From contig NC_012803.1 in the NCBI RefSeq assembly GCF_000023205.1, forward strand, positions 1,470,001 to 1,502,000: a stretch of DNA of 32,000 bases. Reading direction: 5' to 3'. The stretch is from Micrococcus luteus NCTC 2665 (GTDB lineage Bacteria; Actinomycetota; Actinomycetes; Actinomycetales; Micrococcaceae). Position numbers and translations under genes: made by a program. Positions 1 through 12,139 of the stretch are shown here, one piece after another (position 1 is the stretch's first letter; each line of letters begins with the position of its first letter). Under the pieces are notes generated by a model. The model did not search any database. It had not been told where the DNA came from and saw nothing but the letters and a program-made list of their open reading frames with translations.

Positions 1-1881
1 GTCGCGGAGCATCCGCAGATACCAGGCCGTGCCGCCCAGCGACTCGGAGAGCCGGCGGAAGGCGAGCAGGCCGCCGTCGGGGTCGGCGCCCCGCGCGAAC
101 CACCCGAGCATGGCCGGCAGCAGCTGCCGCTGGACCGCGGCCCGGCGCGAGACGCCCTGCGTGAGGGCCTCGATGTGCCGCAGGGCGCCCTGCGGGTCGC
201 GGTAGCCCAGCGCCGCCAGGCGGTCGCGGACGGCCTCCGCGGACAGCCGCACGTCCTCGGCGGACAGGGCGGCCGTCGTCGACAGCAGCGGCCGGTAGAA
301 CACGGTCTCGTGGAGACCGCGCACGGCGCGGCGCACGCGCGTGAACTCGGCCTGCAGGTCCTCGCCGGTGGCGGGGCCCCGGTCCGCGGCGCCGCGCATC
401 GACCGGGCGACGACGCGGCGGGCCTCCTCCTTGACCGGCATCAGGTGGGTGCGCCGCAGGTGCACGAGTTGGATGCGGTGCTCGAGGGTGCGCAGCCAGC
501 GGTAGTGCTCGTCGAACGCCCGCGCGTCGCGCGGGGTGACGTAGGAGGCGGCGTGCAGCGCCCGCACCGCCTCGAGCGTGCCGCGCACCCGCAGCGACTC
601 GTCCGCGCGGCCGTGCACGAGCTGGAGCAGCTGGGCCGTGAACTCGACGTCGCGCAGGCCGCCGGGCCCGAGCTTGATCTCCCGCTCGCGCTCCGCAGGG
701 GCGAGGGTGTCCAGGACCCGGGCGCGCATGGCCCGGACGGACTCGACGAACCCGTCGCGCGAAGAGGACTCCCACACCCGGGGCCAGATCTCCGCGATGT
801 AGCGCTCGCCGAGCTGTGGCGAGCCCGCGATGGGGCGGGCCTTGAGCAGGGCCTGGAACTCCCAGCCGTGGGCCCAGCGGCGGTAGTACTCGGCGTGGGA
901 CTCCACGGTGCGGCTCAGGGCGCCGTCCTTGCCCTCGGGACGCAGGTTGGCGTCCACTTCCCACAGTCCCGGCTCGGGGGCCGCGCCCTGGATCACGCGG
1001 CCGATGCCCGCGGCCAGCTCGGCCGCGAGCGCGGCGGCGCGCGGCCCGTCCGGGACCTCGGCGTCGGAGTCCGCGCCGTCCACGGCCTCGCGGACGGCGT
1101 GCGCGAACACGACGTCCACGTCCGAGACGTAGTTGAGCTCCCCGGCGCCGCACTTGCCCATGCCGATCACGGCGAGGTCCAGGCGGTCCACCACCGAGCC
1201 CTCCCGCTCGGTGAGGACGGCCCGCGAGACGGCGAGCGCCGCGTCCACGGTGGCGCCGGCCAGGTCCGCGAGCCAGCGGCCCACCGAGGGCATGGCCGCC
1301 GTGGGCTCGGCGGAGTCGAGGTCGCGCAGGGCGATCGCGGCCAGCTGGCGACGGTAGGCGCGGCGCAGGGCGACGGCGGCGTCCTTGCCGGTGACGGCGG
1401 CGATGGGGCGGTCGGCGTCCGGGTCGGCTCCCACCGAGTCCAGGAGCAGGCGGCGCAGGGTGGCGGACGCATCACCCCAGGGCTCGCCGTCGGCGGGGTC
1501 GGGCTGGGCGAGGGCGGGCGCGGTGGCGGCGGCCGCGTCCGGGTCGAGGACGAGGTCCAGGTGCTCGGGACGGCGGATGAGGAACTCGCCGAGGGCCTCG
1601 GAGGCGCCGAGAAGTCGCAGCAGGCGGGCCGTCGTCTCGGGGTCCCGGAGGGCGTGGTGGACGCGGGGCTCACGCTCGGCCAGGCGCACCCACAGCAGCA
1701 GGGCCCGGTCGGGATCGGCGGCGTGGCCGAGGAGCTCGACGAGGGGACGCACGTCCACGCCCTCGAACTCGGGCGAGGTGAGCAGCGTCTGCACGCGACC
1801 GGCGTCGGCGACGCCGGCGTGCGCGAGGGTGCGGCGGTCCGGGACGGCGGGCAGCGCACCGGTGGCGGGCAGGGAGGACAC
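1..1881 (-). CDS. glnE: Glutamine synthetase adenylyltransferase / adenylyl-removing enzyme GlnE, N-terminal ~627 codons; the 3' end runs off the left edge of the window
   Basis: Absent from the ORF track because it has no in-window stop. Manual translation of the minus strand from GTG (1881..1879) is open to position 1: VSSLPATGALPAVPDRRTLAHAG...DLAVIGMGKCGAGELNYVSDVDVVFAH...LWEVDANLRPEGKDGALSRT...REIKLGPGGLRDVEFTAQLLQL. These are GlnE nucleotidyltransferase motifs. It lies directly downstream of glnA2, as in other actinobacteria. Start codon tentative. Confidence 0.85.
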   Translation of the reverse strand, partial: MSSLPATGALPAVPDRRTLAHAGVADAGRVQTLLTSPEFEGVDVRPLVELLGHAADPDRALLLWVRLAEREPRVHHALRDPETTARLLRLLGASEALGEFLIRRPEHLDLVLDPDAAAATAPALAQPDPADGEPWGDASATLRRLLLDSVGADPDADRPIAAVTGKDAAVALRRAYRRQLAAIALRDLDSAEPTAAMPSVGRWLADLAGATVDAALAVSRAVLTEREGSVVDRLDLAVIGMGKCGAGELNYVSDVDVVFAHAVREAVDGADSDAEVPDGPRAAALAAELAAGIGRVIQGAAPEPGLWEVDANLRPEGKDGALSRTVESHAEYYRRWAHGWEFQALLKARPIAGSPQLGERYIAEIWPRVWESSSRDGFVESVRAMRARVLDTLAPAEREREIKLGPGGLRDVEFTAQLLQLVHGRADESLRVRGTLEAVRALHAASYVTPRDARAFDEHYRWLRTLEHRIQLVHLRRTHLMPVKEEARRVVARSMRGAADRGPATGEDLQAEFTRVRRAVRGLHETVFYRPLLSTTAALSAEDVRLSAEAVRDRLAALGYRDPQGALRHIEALTQGVSRRAAVQRQLLPAMLGWFARGADPDGGLLAFRRLSESLGGTAWYLRMLRD

Positions 1882-1892
1882 GGGCGCCCGTC

Positions 1893-3233
1893 TCAGAGGC
1901 CGGAGAGGTAGCGGCGGAGCTCGTACGGGGTGACCTCCACGCGGTAGTCGTCCCATTCCTGCCGCTTGTTGCGCAGGAGTGCGTCGAAGACGTGCTCGCC
2001 CAGCACGGACGCCACGAACTCGGACTCCTCAGCGGGGCGCAGGGCGTCGTGCAGGGTGCCAGGCAGGGGCACGTGGCCGAGCACGCGCCGTTCGTGGGTG
2101 GTCAACGCGCTGATGTCCTCGGCGGCGGCCTCGGGCAGCTCGTAGCCCTCCTCGATGCCCTTGAGCCCGGCCGCGATCAGCAGGGCGTAGGCGAGGTACG
2201 GGTTGGCCGAGGCGTCGATACCGCGGTACTCGATGCGGGCCGAGCCGGCCTTGTCCGGCTTGTACAGGGGAACGCGCACGAGGGCGGAGCGGTTGTTGTG
2301 CCCCCACGAGGTGTACGACGGGGCCTCTCCCCCGCCCCAGAGACGCTTGTAGGAGTTGACGAACTGGTGGGTCACGGCGGTGATCTCCACGGAGTGGCGC
2401 AGCAGGCCCGCGATGAACCGGCGGCCCGTGACGGAGAGCCGGAATTCGTCCGCGGGGTCGTAGAAGGCGTTCGCGTCGCCCTCGAAGAGGGAGAAGTGGG
2501 TGTGCATGCCGGAGCCCGGGTGGTGGGAGAACGGCTTGGGCATGAACGTGGCGTACGTGCCCTGGGCGGCGGCGACCTCCTTGACGACGGTCCGGAACGT
2601 CATCACGTTGTCCGCCGTCGTGAGCGCGTCCGCAGCGCACAGGTCGATCTCGTTCTGGCCGGGACCGTTCTCGTGGTGGCTGAACTCCACGGAGATGCCC
2701 ATCCCCTCGAGGAGGCTGACGGCGTCGCGGCGGAAGTCGGCCGCGTCGGAGCCGGGCACGTTGTCGAAGTAGCCCGCGCGGTCCACGGGCACCGGCTCCC
2801 CGTCCGGGCCGGGCTGGTCCGACTGCAGGAGGTAGAACTCGATCTCCGGGTGGGTGAAGCACGTGAAGCCCCGATCGGCGGCCCGGTCCAGCACGCGGCG
2901 CAGCACGTGCCGCGGGTCGGCGGGGGCGGGCCGGCCGTCCGGGGTGAGCACGTCGCAGAACATCCGGGAGCTCTGTCCCTGGTCGCCGCGCCACGGCAGG
3001 ATCTGGAAGGTCGAGGGATCGGGCTGCAGCAGCATGTCCGACTCGGAGATGCGGGTGTATCCGTCGATCGAGGAGCCGTCGAAGCCCAGGCCCTCCGTGA
3101 AGGCGTTCTCCACCTCGGCCGGAGACAGGGCCACCGACTTCAGGGTGCCGATCACGTCCGTGAACCAGAGCCGGACGAACCTGACGTCCCGGTCCTCGAT
3201 GGTGCGGAGCACGTAGTCCTGCTGTCGATCCAT
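1893..3233 (-). CDS. glnA: Glutamine synthetase, GlnA2-type (446 aa)
   Basis: Track ORF 1893..3233. The N-terminus MDRQQDYVLRTIEDRDVRFVRLWFTDVIGTLKSVALSPAEVENAFTEGLGFDGSSIDG and the 446-aa length match actinobacterial GlnA2. The glnA2-glnE pairing and divergent panB match mycobacterial synteny. Confidence 0.95.
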   Translation of the reverse strand: MDRQQDYVLRTIEDRDVRFVRLWFTDVIGTLKSVALSPAEVENAFTEGLGFDGSSIDGYTRISESDMLLQPDPSTFQILPWRGDQGQSSRMFCDVLTPDGRPAPADPRHVLRRVLDRAADRGFTCFTHPEIEFYLLQSDQPGPDGEPVPVDRAGYFDNVPGSDAADFRRDAVSLLEGMGISVEFSHHENGPGQNEIDLCAADALTTADNVMTFRTVVKEVAAAQGTYATFMPKPFSHHPGSGMHTHFSLFEGDANAFYDPADEFRLSVTGRRFIAGLLRHSVEITAVTHQFVNSYKRLWGGGEAPSYTSWGHNNRSALVRVPLYKPDKAGSARIEYRGIDASANPYLAYALLIAAGLKGIEEGYELPEAAAEDISALTTHERRVLGHVPLPGTLHDALRPAEESEFVASVLGEHVFDALLRNKRQEWDDYRVEVTPYELRRYLSGL

Positions 3234-3269
3234 GCCGCCACTCTAGACGCGCCGCGTAGACTCCGGCCC
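3234..3269. promoter_or_regulatory. 36-bp divergent spacer with back-to-back candidate -10 boxes: TAGAGT (minus strand, 3245..3240) for glnA2 and TAGACT (plus strand, 3257..3262) for panB
   Basis: TAGAGT is followed by 6 nt and then the glnA2 ATG (3233). TAGACT is followed by 7 nt and then the panB ATG (3270). There is no Shine-Dalgarno sequence and no room for a 5' UTR. TANNNT is the actinobacterial -10 consensus, and this spacing is typical of leaderless mRNAs. Confidence 0.45.
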
Positions 3270-4133
3270 ATGTCCGCTCCCCAGTCCCCCCGGCAGCCTG
3301 ACGACAGCGCCCCCTACGGTCCGCCCGCCCCGTCCCGGTACCGGACGGTCCACCTGCAGCGGGCCAAGGACGAGGACCGGCGCTTCGCGATGCTCACCAC
3401 CTACGACGCGATGACGGCGGCCCTGTTCGACGAGGCCGGCGTCGAGGTGCTGCTGGTGGGGGACTCGGTGGGCAACACCGTGCTGGGCCATCCCACCACC
3501 CTGCCGGTCACCCTGGACCAGATGATCCTGTTCACCCAGGCCGTGGTGCGCGGCGCCGAGCGTGCCCTCGTGGTCGCGGACCTGCCCTTCGGCTCGTACG
3601 AGGCCTCCCCGCGGCAGGCCGTCGAGTCGGCCGTGCGCCTCGTGAAGGAGTCCGGTGCGCACGCCGTCAAGGTGGAGGGCGACGAGCGCTTCGCCCAGCA
3701 CGTGGCCGCGATGACGGCCGCCGGCGTCGCGGTCATGGCCCACATCGGCTTCACCCCGCAGTCCGAGCACGTGCTCGGCGGCTACCGGGTGCAGGGCCGC
3801 GGCGCGGGGGCGGCCGAGCGGATGACGGCGTCGGCCCGGGCCCTCGAGGCCGCGGGGGCGTTCGCCGTCCTGATGGAGATGGTCCCCTCGGACGTCGCCG
3901 CCGCCGTCGACGCCGCGCTGCGTGTGCCCACCGTGGGCATCGGCGCGGGCCCGGGCACCACGGGCCAGGTGCTCGTGTGGCAGGACATGCTCGGCCTGCG
4001 CGAGGGCCGGGTGCCCCGGTTCGTCCGTCAGTACGCCCGCCTGCACGAGGTCGTGGGCGAGGCGGTCCGGGCCTATCGCGCGGACGTGCTCGACGGCGCG
4101 TTCCCGGCCCCGGAGCACGGCTTCGAGGGCTGA
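3270..4133 (+). CDS. panB: 3-methyl-2-oxobutanoate hydroxymethyltransferase (ketopantoate hydroxymethyltransferase), 287 aa
   Basis: This is the C-terminal part of track ORF 1992..4133; the upstream part of that ORF is antisense to glnA2. It starts at ATG 3270: MSAPQSPRQ...[36 protein letters not shown]...AVKVEGD...[10 protein letters not shown]...VPTVGIGAG, which are PanB hallmarks. Confidence 0.93.
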   Translation: MSAPQSPRQPDDSAPYGPPAPSRYRTVHLQRAKDEDRRFAMLTTYDAMTAALFDEAGVEVLLVGDSVGNTVLGHPTTLPVTLDQMILFTQAVVRGAERALVVADLPFGSYEASPRQAVESAVRLVKESGAHAVKVEGDERFAQHVAAMTAAGVAVMAHIGFTPQSEHVLGGYRVQGRGAGAAERMTASARALEAAGAFAVLMEMVPSDVAAAVDAALRVPTVGIGAGPGTTGQVLVWQDMLGLREGRVPRFVRQYARLHEVVGEAVRAYRADVLDGAFPAPEHGFEG

Positions 4134-4151
4134 ACCCGCCCCGTGAGACGA

Positions 4152-4183
4152 CCGGGCCCCCGTCCCGAGGGACGGGGGCCCGG
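4152..4183. terminator. GC-rich hairpin between convergent panB and the 70-aa ORF (candidate bidirectional intrinsic terminator)
   Basis: ccgggcccccgtccc (4152-4166) is the reverse complement of gggacgggggcccgg (4169-4183). This gives a stem of about 13-15 bp with a tight loop. There is no clear U-tract, which is common in actinobacteria. Confidence 0.55.
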
Positions 4184-4201
4184 TGTCGTCCGGCGCCGCG
4201 G

Positions 4202-4414
4202 TCAGGAGGCGTCGTCGACGGGACGGCTGTCCCAGTCGTCGTCGCGCTCGTCCTCGGCGTCGGCGGCCTCGTTGTTCGCCCGCACGCGGTCCATCGCGGC
4301 CTGGGCCTCCTCACGGGTGCCGAACGGGCCCAGCAGCTGGGACCAGTCCGACTGGGCGCCCACCTCCACCTGATGCGTGTTGACGTTGTACCAGAACTCG
4401 CTCGTCTCGGTCAT
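4202..4414 (-). CDS. Small acidic hypothetical protein (70 aa), conserved-looking, function unknown
   Basis: C-terminal 70 codons of track ORF 4202..6364; the rest of that ORF is antisense to map and ppgK. Sequence: [77 protein letters not shown] box lies 7 nt upstream of the ATG. Sequence complexity is normal in the first 45 aa, followed by an acidic tail. Confidence 0.6.
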   Translation of the reverse strand: MTETSEFWYNVNTHQVEVGAQSDWSQLLGPFGTREEAQAAMDRVRANNEAADAEDERDDDWDSRPVDDAS

Positions 4415-4450
4415 GGGGGCCACAGTAGCCGGGCCGATAGGCTGGCGGAC
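4415..4450. promoter_or_regulatory. Second 36-bp divergent spacer with back-to-back candidate -10 boxes: TACTGT (minus strand, 4427..4422) for the 70-aa ORF and TAGGCT (plus strand, 4438..4443) for map
   Basis: Each hexamer is followed by 7 nt and then the ATG (4414 on the minus strand, 4451 on the plus strand). There is no SD. The geometry matches the glnA2/panB spacer. Confidence 0.45.
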
Positions 4451-5395
4451 ATGTCCCAGCGTCAGAACCCCGCCGCCCCGTCCAGCCACAACGGTCCCCG
4501 CCCCGCGGGACCCGCCGCGCCGGAGCCCGGGTCGCTCGCCCCCGTCGGCACCCTGACGCCCGGGGCCCCGTCCCCCGCCCCGCCCGTGCCGTCCGCGATC
4601 CCGCGCCCCGAGTACGTCGGCAAGGCCACCGCGGACGAGGGCAACGCCTCGGACGTCTACGACGCCGCCGGCGTCGAGCGGATCCGCGCGGCCGGTCGCC
4701 TGGCCGCGCAGGCCATGGAGCACACCGCCGCCCACATCCGCCCGGGCGTCACCACGGACGAGCTGGACCGGATCGCGCACGCCTTCCTCGTGGAGCGCGG
4801 CGCCTACCCGTCCTGCCTGGGCTACCGCGGCTTCCCGCGGTCCATCTGCACCTCGATCAACGAGGTCATCTGCCACGGCATCCCGGACGGCACCGTCCTG
4901 GAGGACGGGGACATCGTCAACCTGGACATCACCGCCTACCTGGACGGCGTCCACGGGGACCACAACCGCACCTACCTGGTCGGCGACGTGGACGAGGAGT
5001 CCCGTCTGCTCGTCGAGCGCACCGAGGAGGCCCTGCGCCGCGGCATCCGCGCCGTGAAGCCCGGCCGTCAGGTCAACGTGATCGGCCGCGCCATCGAGTC
5101 CTACGCCAAGCGCTTCGGCTACGGCGTGGTGCGCGACTTCATCGGCCACGGCGTGGGCGTGGACTTCCACTCCGGCCTCGTGATCCCCCACTACGACGCG
5201 GCCCCGGCCCACGACCGCCTGCTCGTGCCCGGCATGGTGTTCACCATCGAGCCGATGCTCACCCTCGGCACGATCGAGTGGGACCAGTGGGACGACGGCT
5301 GGACCGTGGTGACCCGCGACCGCCGTCGCACCGCGCAGTTCGAGCACACGATCGTGGTCACGGACGACGGCGCGGAGATTCTCACACTGCCGTGA
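4451..5395 (+). CDS. map: Type I methionine aminopeptidase with a Pro-rich N-terminal extension (MetAP1c-like), 314 aa
   Basis: C-terminal part of track ORF 3977..5395, starting at ATG 4451: [10 protein letters not shown]...[14 protein letters not shown]...[46 protein letters not shown]...[23 protein letters not shown]...FIGHGVG...FTIEPM...[10 protein letters not shown]. An in-frame GTG (VGTLTPG) is an alternative, shorter start. Confidence 0.92.
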   Translation: MSQRQNPAAPSSHNGPRPAGPAAPEPGSLAPVGTLTPGAPSPAPPVPSAIPRPEYVGKATADEGNASDVYDAAGVERIRAAGRLAAQAMEHTAAHIRPGVTTDELDRIAHAFLVERGAYPSCLGYRGFPRSICTSINEVICHGIPDGTVLEDGDIVNLDITAYLDGVHGDHNRTYLVGDVDEESRLLVERTEEALRRGIRAVKPGRQVNVIGRAIESYAKRFGYGVVRDFIGHGVGVDFHSGLVIPHYDAAPAHDRLLVPGMVFTIEPMLTLGTIEWDQWDDGWTVVTRDRRRTAQFEHTIVVTDDGAEILTLP

Positions 5396-5403
5396 CCCGG
5401 CAC

Positions 5404-5409
5404 TAAGCT
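5404..5409 (+). promoter_or_regulatory. Candidate -10 box TAAGCT, 7 nt upstream of the ppgK GTG start
   Basis: The sequence reads cacTAAGCTgggggccGTG. It lies within the 21-nt map-ppgK spacer and has no SD. Confidence 0.35.
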
Positions 5410-5416
5410 GGGGGCC

Positions 5417-6241
5417 GTGACGACGCACACCAGCACCGCCCAGCGCTCCTCCAAGTACCCCACGACGATCGGCATCGACGTCGGGGGGACCGGCATGAAG
5501 GGCGGCCTGGTCCGCCTCGGGTCGGGGCCGAAGGCGGGCACCCTGCGCGGGGACCGCTTCCGCATCCCCACCCCGCAGCCGGCCATGCCCGAGCCCGTGG
5601 CGGCGACCCTGGCGGCCATCACCGCCGAGCTCGACGGGCGCGAGAAGGCGCCGAAGCCCTCCGCCCCGCTCGGCGTGTGCTTCCCCTCGATCGTCAAGGA
5701 CGGGGTGTGCCTGTCCGCGAACAACATCGACCACACGTGGATCGGCACGGACCTGCGCGGCACGTTCGAGGAGCACCTGCGCCGCCCCGTCACCGTGGTC
5801 AACGACGCCGACGCCGCCGGCCTCGCGGAGGCCCGCTACGGAGCCGGGCGGGGCGTGCGCGGCCTGGTGCACGTGATCACCCTCGGGACCGGCATCGGCG
5901 GCGCGATGATCCACGACGGCATGCTCGTCCCGAACTTCGAGGTCGGCTCGCTGGAGCTCGACGGCGTGATGGCCGAGTCGCGGGCCTCCGCGAAGGCCCG
6001 GGAGCGCGATCAGCTCAGCTGGGCCGAGTACGCCGAGCGACTGCAGCGCTTCTTCTCCCACGTGGAGCGGATCTTCTCGCCCGACCTGTTCATCGTCGGC
6101 GGCGGCATCTCCAAGCGGCCGGACGACTACCTGCCGCTGCTGCGCCTGCGCACCCCGATCGTCCCGGCCCAGCTGCAGAACAACGCGGGCATCGTGGGCG
6201 CCGCCCTGGCCGCGCACGGCTCGCTCGCCGACGGCAACTGA
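5417..6241 (+). CDS. ppgK: Polyphosphate glucokinase (ROK family), 274 aa, GTG start
   Basis: Track ORF 5417..6241. Contains TIGIDVGGTGMKGG (the ROK/ASKHA phosphate-1 loop), VVNDADAAGLAEARYGAGRG, ITLGTGIGGAMI and FIVGGGISK. Collinear with mycobacterial PpgK. Confidence 0.9.
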   Translation: MTTHTSTAQRSSKYPTTIGIDVGGTGMKGGLVRLGSGPKAGTLRGDRFRIPTPQPAMPEPVAATLAAITAELDGREKAPKPSAPLGVCFPSIVKDGVCLSANNIDHTWIGTDLRGTFEEHLRRPVTVVNDADAAGLAEARYGAGRGVRGLVHVITLGTGIGGAMIHDGMLVPNFEVGSLELDGVMAESRASAKARERDQLSWAEYAERLQRFFSHVERIFSPDLFIVGGGISKRPDDYLPLLRLRTPIVPAQLQNNAGIVGAALAAHGSLADGN

Positions 6242-6253
6242 GGGCGAAGACAC

Positions 6254-6293
6254 CGAGGGCGGTTCCGGCTTCCCCTCCGGAACCGCCCTCGGC
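6254..6293. terminator. Perfect 16-bp-stem hairpin between convergent ppgK and nrdR (candidate bidirectional terminator)
   Basis: ccgagggcggttccgg (6254-6269), loop cttcccct, then ccggaaccgccctcgg (6278-6293), an exact reverse complement. Confidence 0.6.
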
Positions 6294-6302
6294 AGTCGGT
6301 TC

Positions 6303-6324
6303 GGGCCGACTGAGGTCGGCCCGG
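6303..6324. terminator. Second, shorter hairpin in the ppgK/nrdR convergent spacer
   Basis: cgggccgac (6303-6311), loop tgag, then gtcggcccg (6316-6324). Confidence 0.35.
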
Positions 6325-6399
6325 GGATCACTGTAGCGCCTGGAGGCCGTGTGCACCACTGCACCGTCGATCCCGGCGGCGGCGTCGCATCGGCCCGGG

Positions 6400-6894
6400 T
6401 CAGCGGGTGAACAGCCGCGGCTGCACGGCGGGACGGCCGCGGTCGTCCCCGTCACCGGCCCGGAGCTCCGCGATGGCCTCCTCGAAGTCGTCGAGGGACT
6501 CGAAGTCCCGGTAGACCGAGGCGAAGCGCAGGAAGGCCACCTGGTCGAGACGGCGCAGCGGATCGAGGATGGCCAGGCCGACGTCGTGGGCGTCCACCTC
6601 GGCGTTGCCCGTGGCACGGACCGTCTCCTCGACCTCCTGGGCGAGCATGGCCAGGTCGTCGCTCGTCACCGGCCGCCCCTGGCACGCCTTCCGGACGCCG
6701 TTGATCACCTTGGAGCGGTCGAACGGCTCCGCCACCCCGGAGCGCTTGACGACGGTCAGGGCGGTGGTCTCCATGGTGGTGAACCGCTTGCCGCAGGCCT
6801 GACACTGCCGACGCCGACGGATGGCGGAGCCGTCGTCGAGGGAGCGTGAATCCACCACGCGCGAGTCCTCATGACGGCAGAACGGGCAGTGCAT
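6400..6894 (-). CDS. nrdR: Transcriptional repressor NrdR (zinc ribbon + ATP-cone), 164 aa
   Basis: Track ORF: [53 protein letters not shown]...ATP-cone. A strong SD (AGGAGGAGAGAGCTG-ATG) lies upstream. Confidence 0.95.
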   Translation of the reverse strand: MHCPFCRHEDSRVVDSRSLDDGSAIRRRRQCQACGKRFTTMETTALTVVKRSGVAEPFDRSKVINGVRKACQGRPVTSDDLAMLAQEVEETVRATGNAEVDAHDVGLAILDPLRRLDQVAFLRFASVYRDFESLDDFEEAIAELRAGDGDDRGRPAVQPRLFTR

Positions 6895-6937
6895 CAGCTC
6901 TCTCCTCCTGGGCGGGGCACTCCCATGCTACGTCCGC

Positions 6938-10534
<3,597 letters not shown>

Positions 10535-10641
10535 GCGGGGTGGGCCTTTCGACGGGGAGGACGGCGGGGCCGCACCAGCCTACTCGTGGTGCCCGGGCGG
10601 CGGGGCCGGACCGGGACGGGGGTCACGTCGACGGCGCCGGG

Positions 10642-11604
10642 TCAGTCCTCGTCGCCGCGCAGCGCCGCCAGGGCGTGGGCGAGGTCGTCCGGATACGGGG
10701 AGGTGATCGTCACCGGCTCCCCCGTGACCGGGTGCGGGAACGCCAGCCGGTGGGCGTGCAGCCACTGGCGCGTCAGCCCGAGCTCGGCCGCCAGGCGCGG
10801 ATCCGCCCCGTACGTGAGGTCGCCGACGCACGGGTGGCGCAGCGCCGAGGTGTGCACGCGGATCTGGTGGGTGCGCCCGGTCTCCAGGTGGACCTCGAGC
10901 AGGGTGCCCCGGCCGAACACCTCAAGCGTCTCGTAGTGGGTCACGGACGGCCGGCCGTCGTCGAGCACCGCGAACTTCCAGTGGTGGCCGGGATGCCGCC
11001 CGATGGGCGCGTCCACGGTGCCGCTCAGCGGGTCCGGGATGCCCTGGACCACGGCGTGGTAGACCTTCTCCGGCACGCGCTCGCGGAACTGGTCCTTCAT
11101 GGCCGTGTAGGCGCGCTCGGTCTTGGCCACGACCATGACCCCGGTGGTGCCGACGTCGAGCCGGTGCACGATCCCCTGGCGCTCGGGGGCGCCCGAGGTG
11201 GTGATGTCGTAGCCGAGGGCGGCCAGGGCGCCCACCACGGTGGGCCCGACCCAGCCGGGCGAGGGGTGCGCGGCCACGCCGGTGGGCTTGTCCACGGCCA
11301 CCAGGTCATCGTCCTCGTACAGGATGCTCAGCGCGTCCACGCGCTCTGCCCTCACTTCCAGGGGGTCGGGGTCGTCGGGGACGTCGACGGCCAGGGTCTC
11401 CCCCGCCACGGCCTTCGCGGACTTGGCCAGGACGCGGTCTCGGCGGCCGGAGCGCGACTCGGCCCGCACCAGGCCCCGGGAGAACCAGTCCGCCAGCAGC
11501 GAGCGGGAGACGCCGAACGCGTCGGCGAGCACCGCGTCGACCCGTCGGCCCGCCTCGGCCTCGGCGACCTGGAGCCGCTCGGTGAGTCCCGGTCTCATGC
11601 CCAT
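10642..11604 (-). CDS. rluD: RluA-family (RluD-like) 23S rRNA pseudouridine synthase with an S4-like N-terminal domain, ~318-320 aa
   Basis: Track ORF. Contains the catalytic motif [18 protein letters not shown], plus THQIRVH. The second ATG (11598) has better SD spacing (GAGGA-N7-ATG) and may be the true start. Confidence 0.88.
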   Translation of the reverse strand: MGMRPGLTERLQVAEAEAGRRVDAVLADAFGVSRSLLADWFSRGLVRAESRSGRRDRVLAKSAKAVAGETLAVDVPDDPDPLEVRAERVDALSILYEDDDLVAVDKPTGVAAHPSPGWVGPTVVGALAALGYDITTSGAPERQGIVHRLDVGTTGVMVVAKTERAYTAMKDQFRERVPEKVYHAVVQGIPDPLSGTVDAPIGRHPGHHWKFAVLDDGRPSVTHYETLEVFGRGTLLEVHLETGRTHQIRVHTSALRHPCVGDLTYGADPRLAAELGLTRQWLHAHRLAFPHPVTGEPVTITSPYPDDLAHALAALRGDED

Positions 11605-11608
11605 GTCC

Positions 11609-12139
11609 TCACGCCTCCCGTGTGCCGTCCAGGCGGCGGCCGGTCATCACGAGCAGGGCGACGCCGATGACGGAGCAGACGATGAACGAGTCCGCCACGT
11701 TGAAGATCGCGAAATGCGGGACGGAGATCATGTCGACCACGTGGCCGCGCCCGAACGCCGGGGGCCGGAACAGCCGGTCCGTGAGGTTGCCGAGCACGCC
11801 GCCGGCGAGCCCGCCCAGCGCCAGGGCCCACGGCGTCGAGCGCACGCGGGCGATCCCCACGAGGGCGGCCACCGCCACCACGGCTTGGATGACGGTGAAC
11901 ACCCAGGTGTGGTCCTCGCCGATGGAGAACGCCGCGCCCGGGTTCAGGATGTAGTGCCAGCGCAGCACCCCGGGGATCACCGCGACGGAGTCCCCCAGCT
12001 GCATCGTGCTCTCGACCGCGTACTTGGTCAGCTGGTCGAGGGCGTAGGCCAGCACCGCCACGACGAGGGCGGTGAGCACGGCTCGCCGGCCCGCGCGAGG
12101 GGATCGCGGGGCCGGCGTGGCGTCGACGGCTCGGCTCAC
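11609..12139 (-). CDS. lspA: Lipoprotein signal peptidase (signal peptidase II), 176 aa, GTG start overlapping the divIVA stop (GTGA)
   Basis: Track ORF. It is a four-TM protein with [11 protein letters not shown] and [11 protein letters not shown] motifs. Confidence 0.92.
   Translation of the reverse strand: MSRAVDATPAPRSPRAGRRAVLTALVVAVLAYALDQLTKYAVESTMQLGDSVAVIPGVLRWHYILNPGAAFSIGEDHTWVFTVIQAVVAVAALVGIARVRSTPWALALGGLAGGVLGNLTDRLFRPPAFGRGHVVDMISVPHFAIFNVADSFIVCSVIGVALLVMTGRRLDGTREA

Noticed and set aside
3751-4314. Pro/Arg-rich 187-aa minus-strand ORF spanning the panB 3' end and the terminator.
   Set aside because: It lies antisense to panB, crosses a strong hairpin and part of the 70-aa ORF in another frame, and its composition is typical of GC-rich noise.
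4415-6364. The 650-codon in-frame upstream extension of the 70-aa ORF (track ORF 4202..6364). Analogous 5' over-extensions occur in the track ORFs containing panB, map, sepF, ftsZ, murC, murG, murD and murE.
   Set aside because: The extensions run antisense to, or out of frame through, neighbouring well-supported genes and lose all similarity to the protein family. Internal starts with an SD, a -10 box, or a 4-nt overlap with the preceding stop give canonical N-termini.
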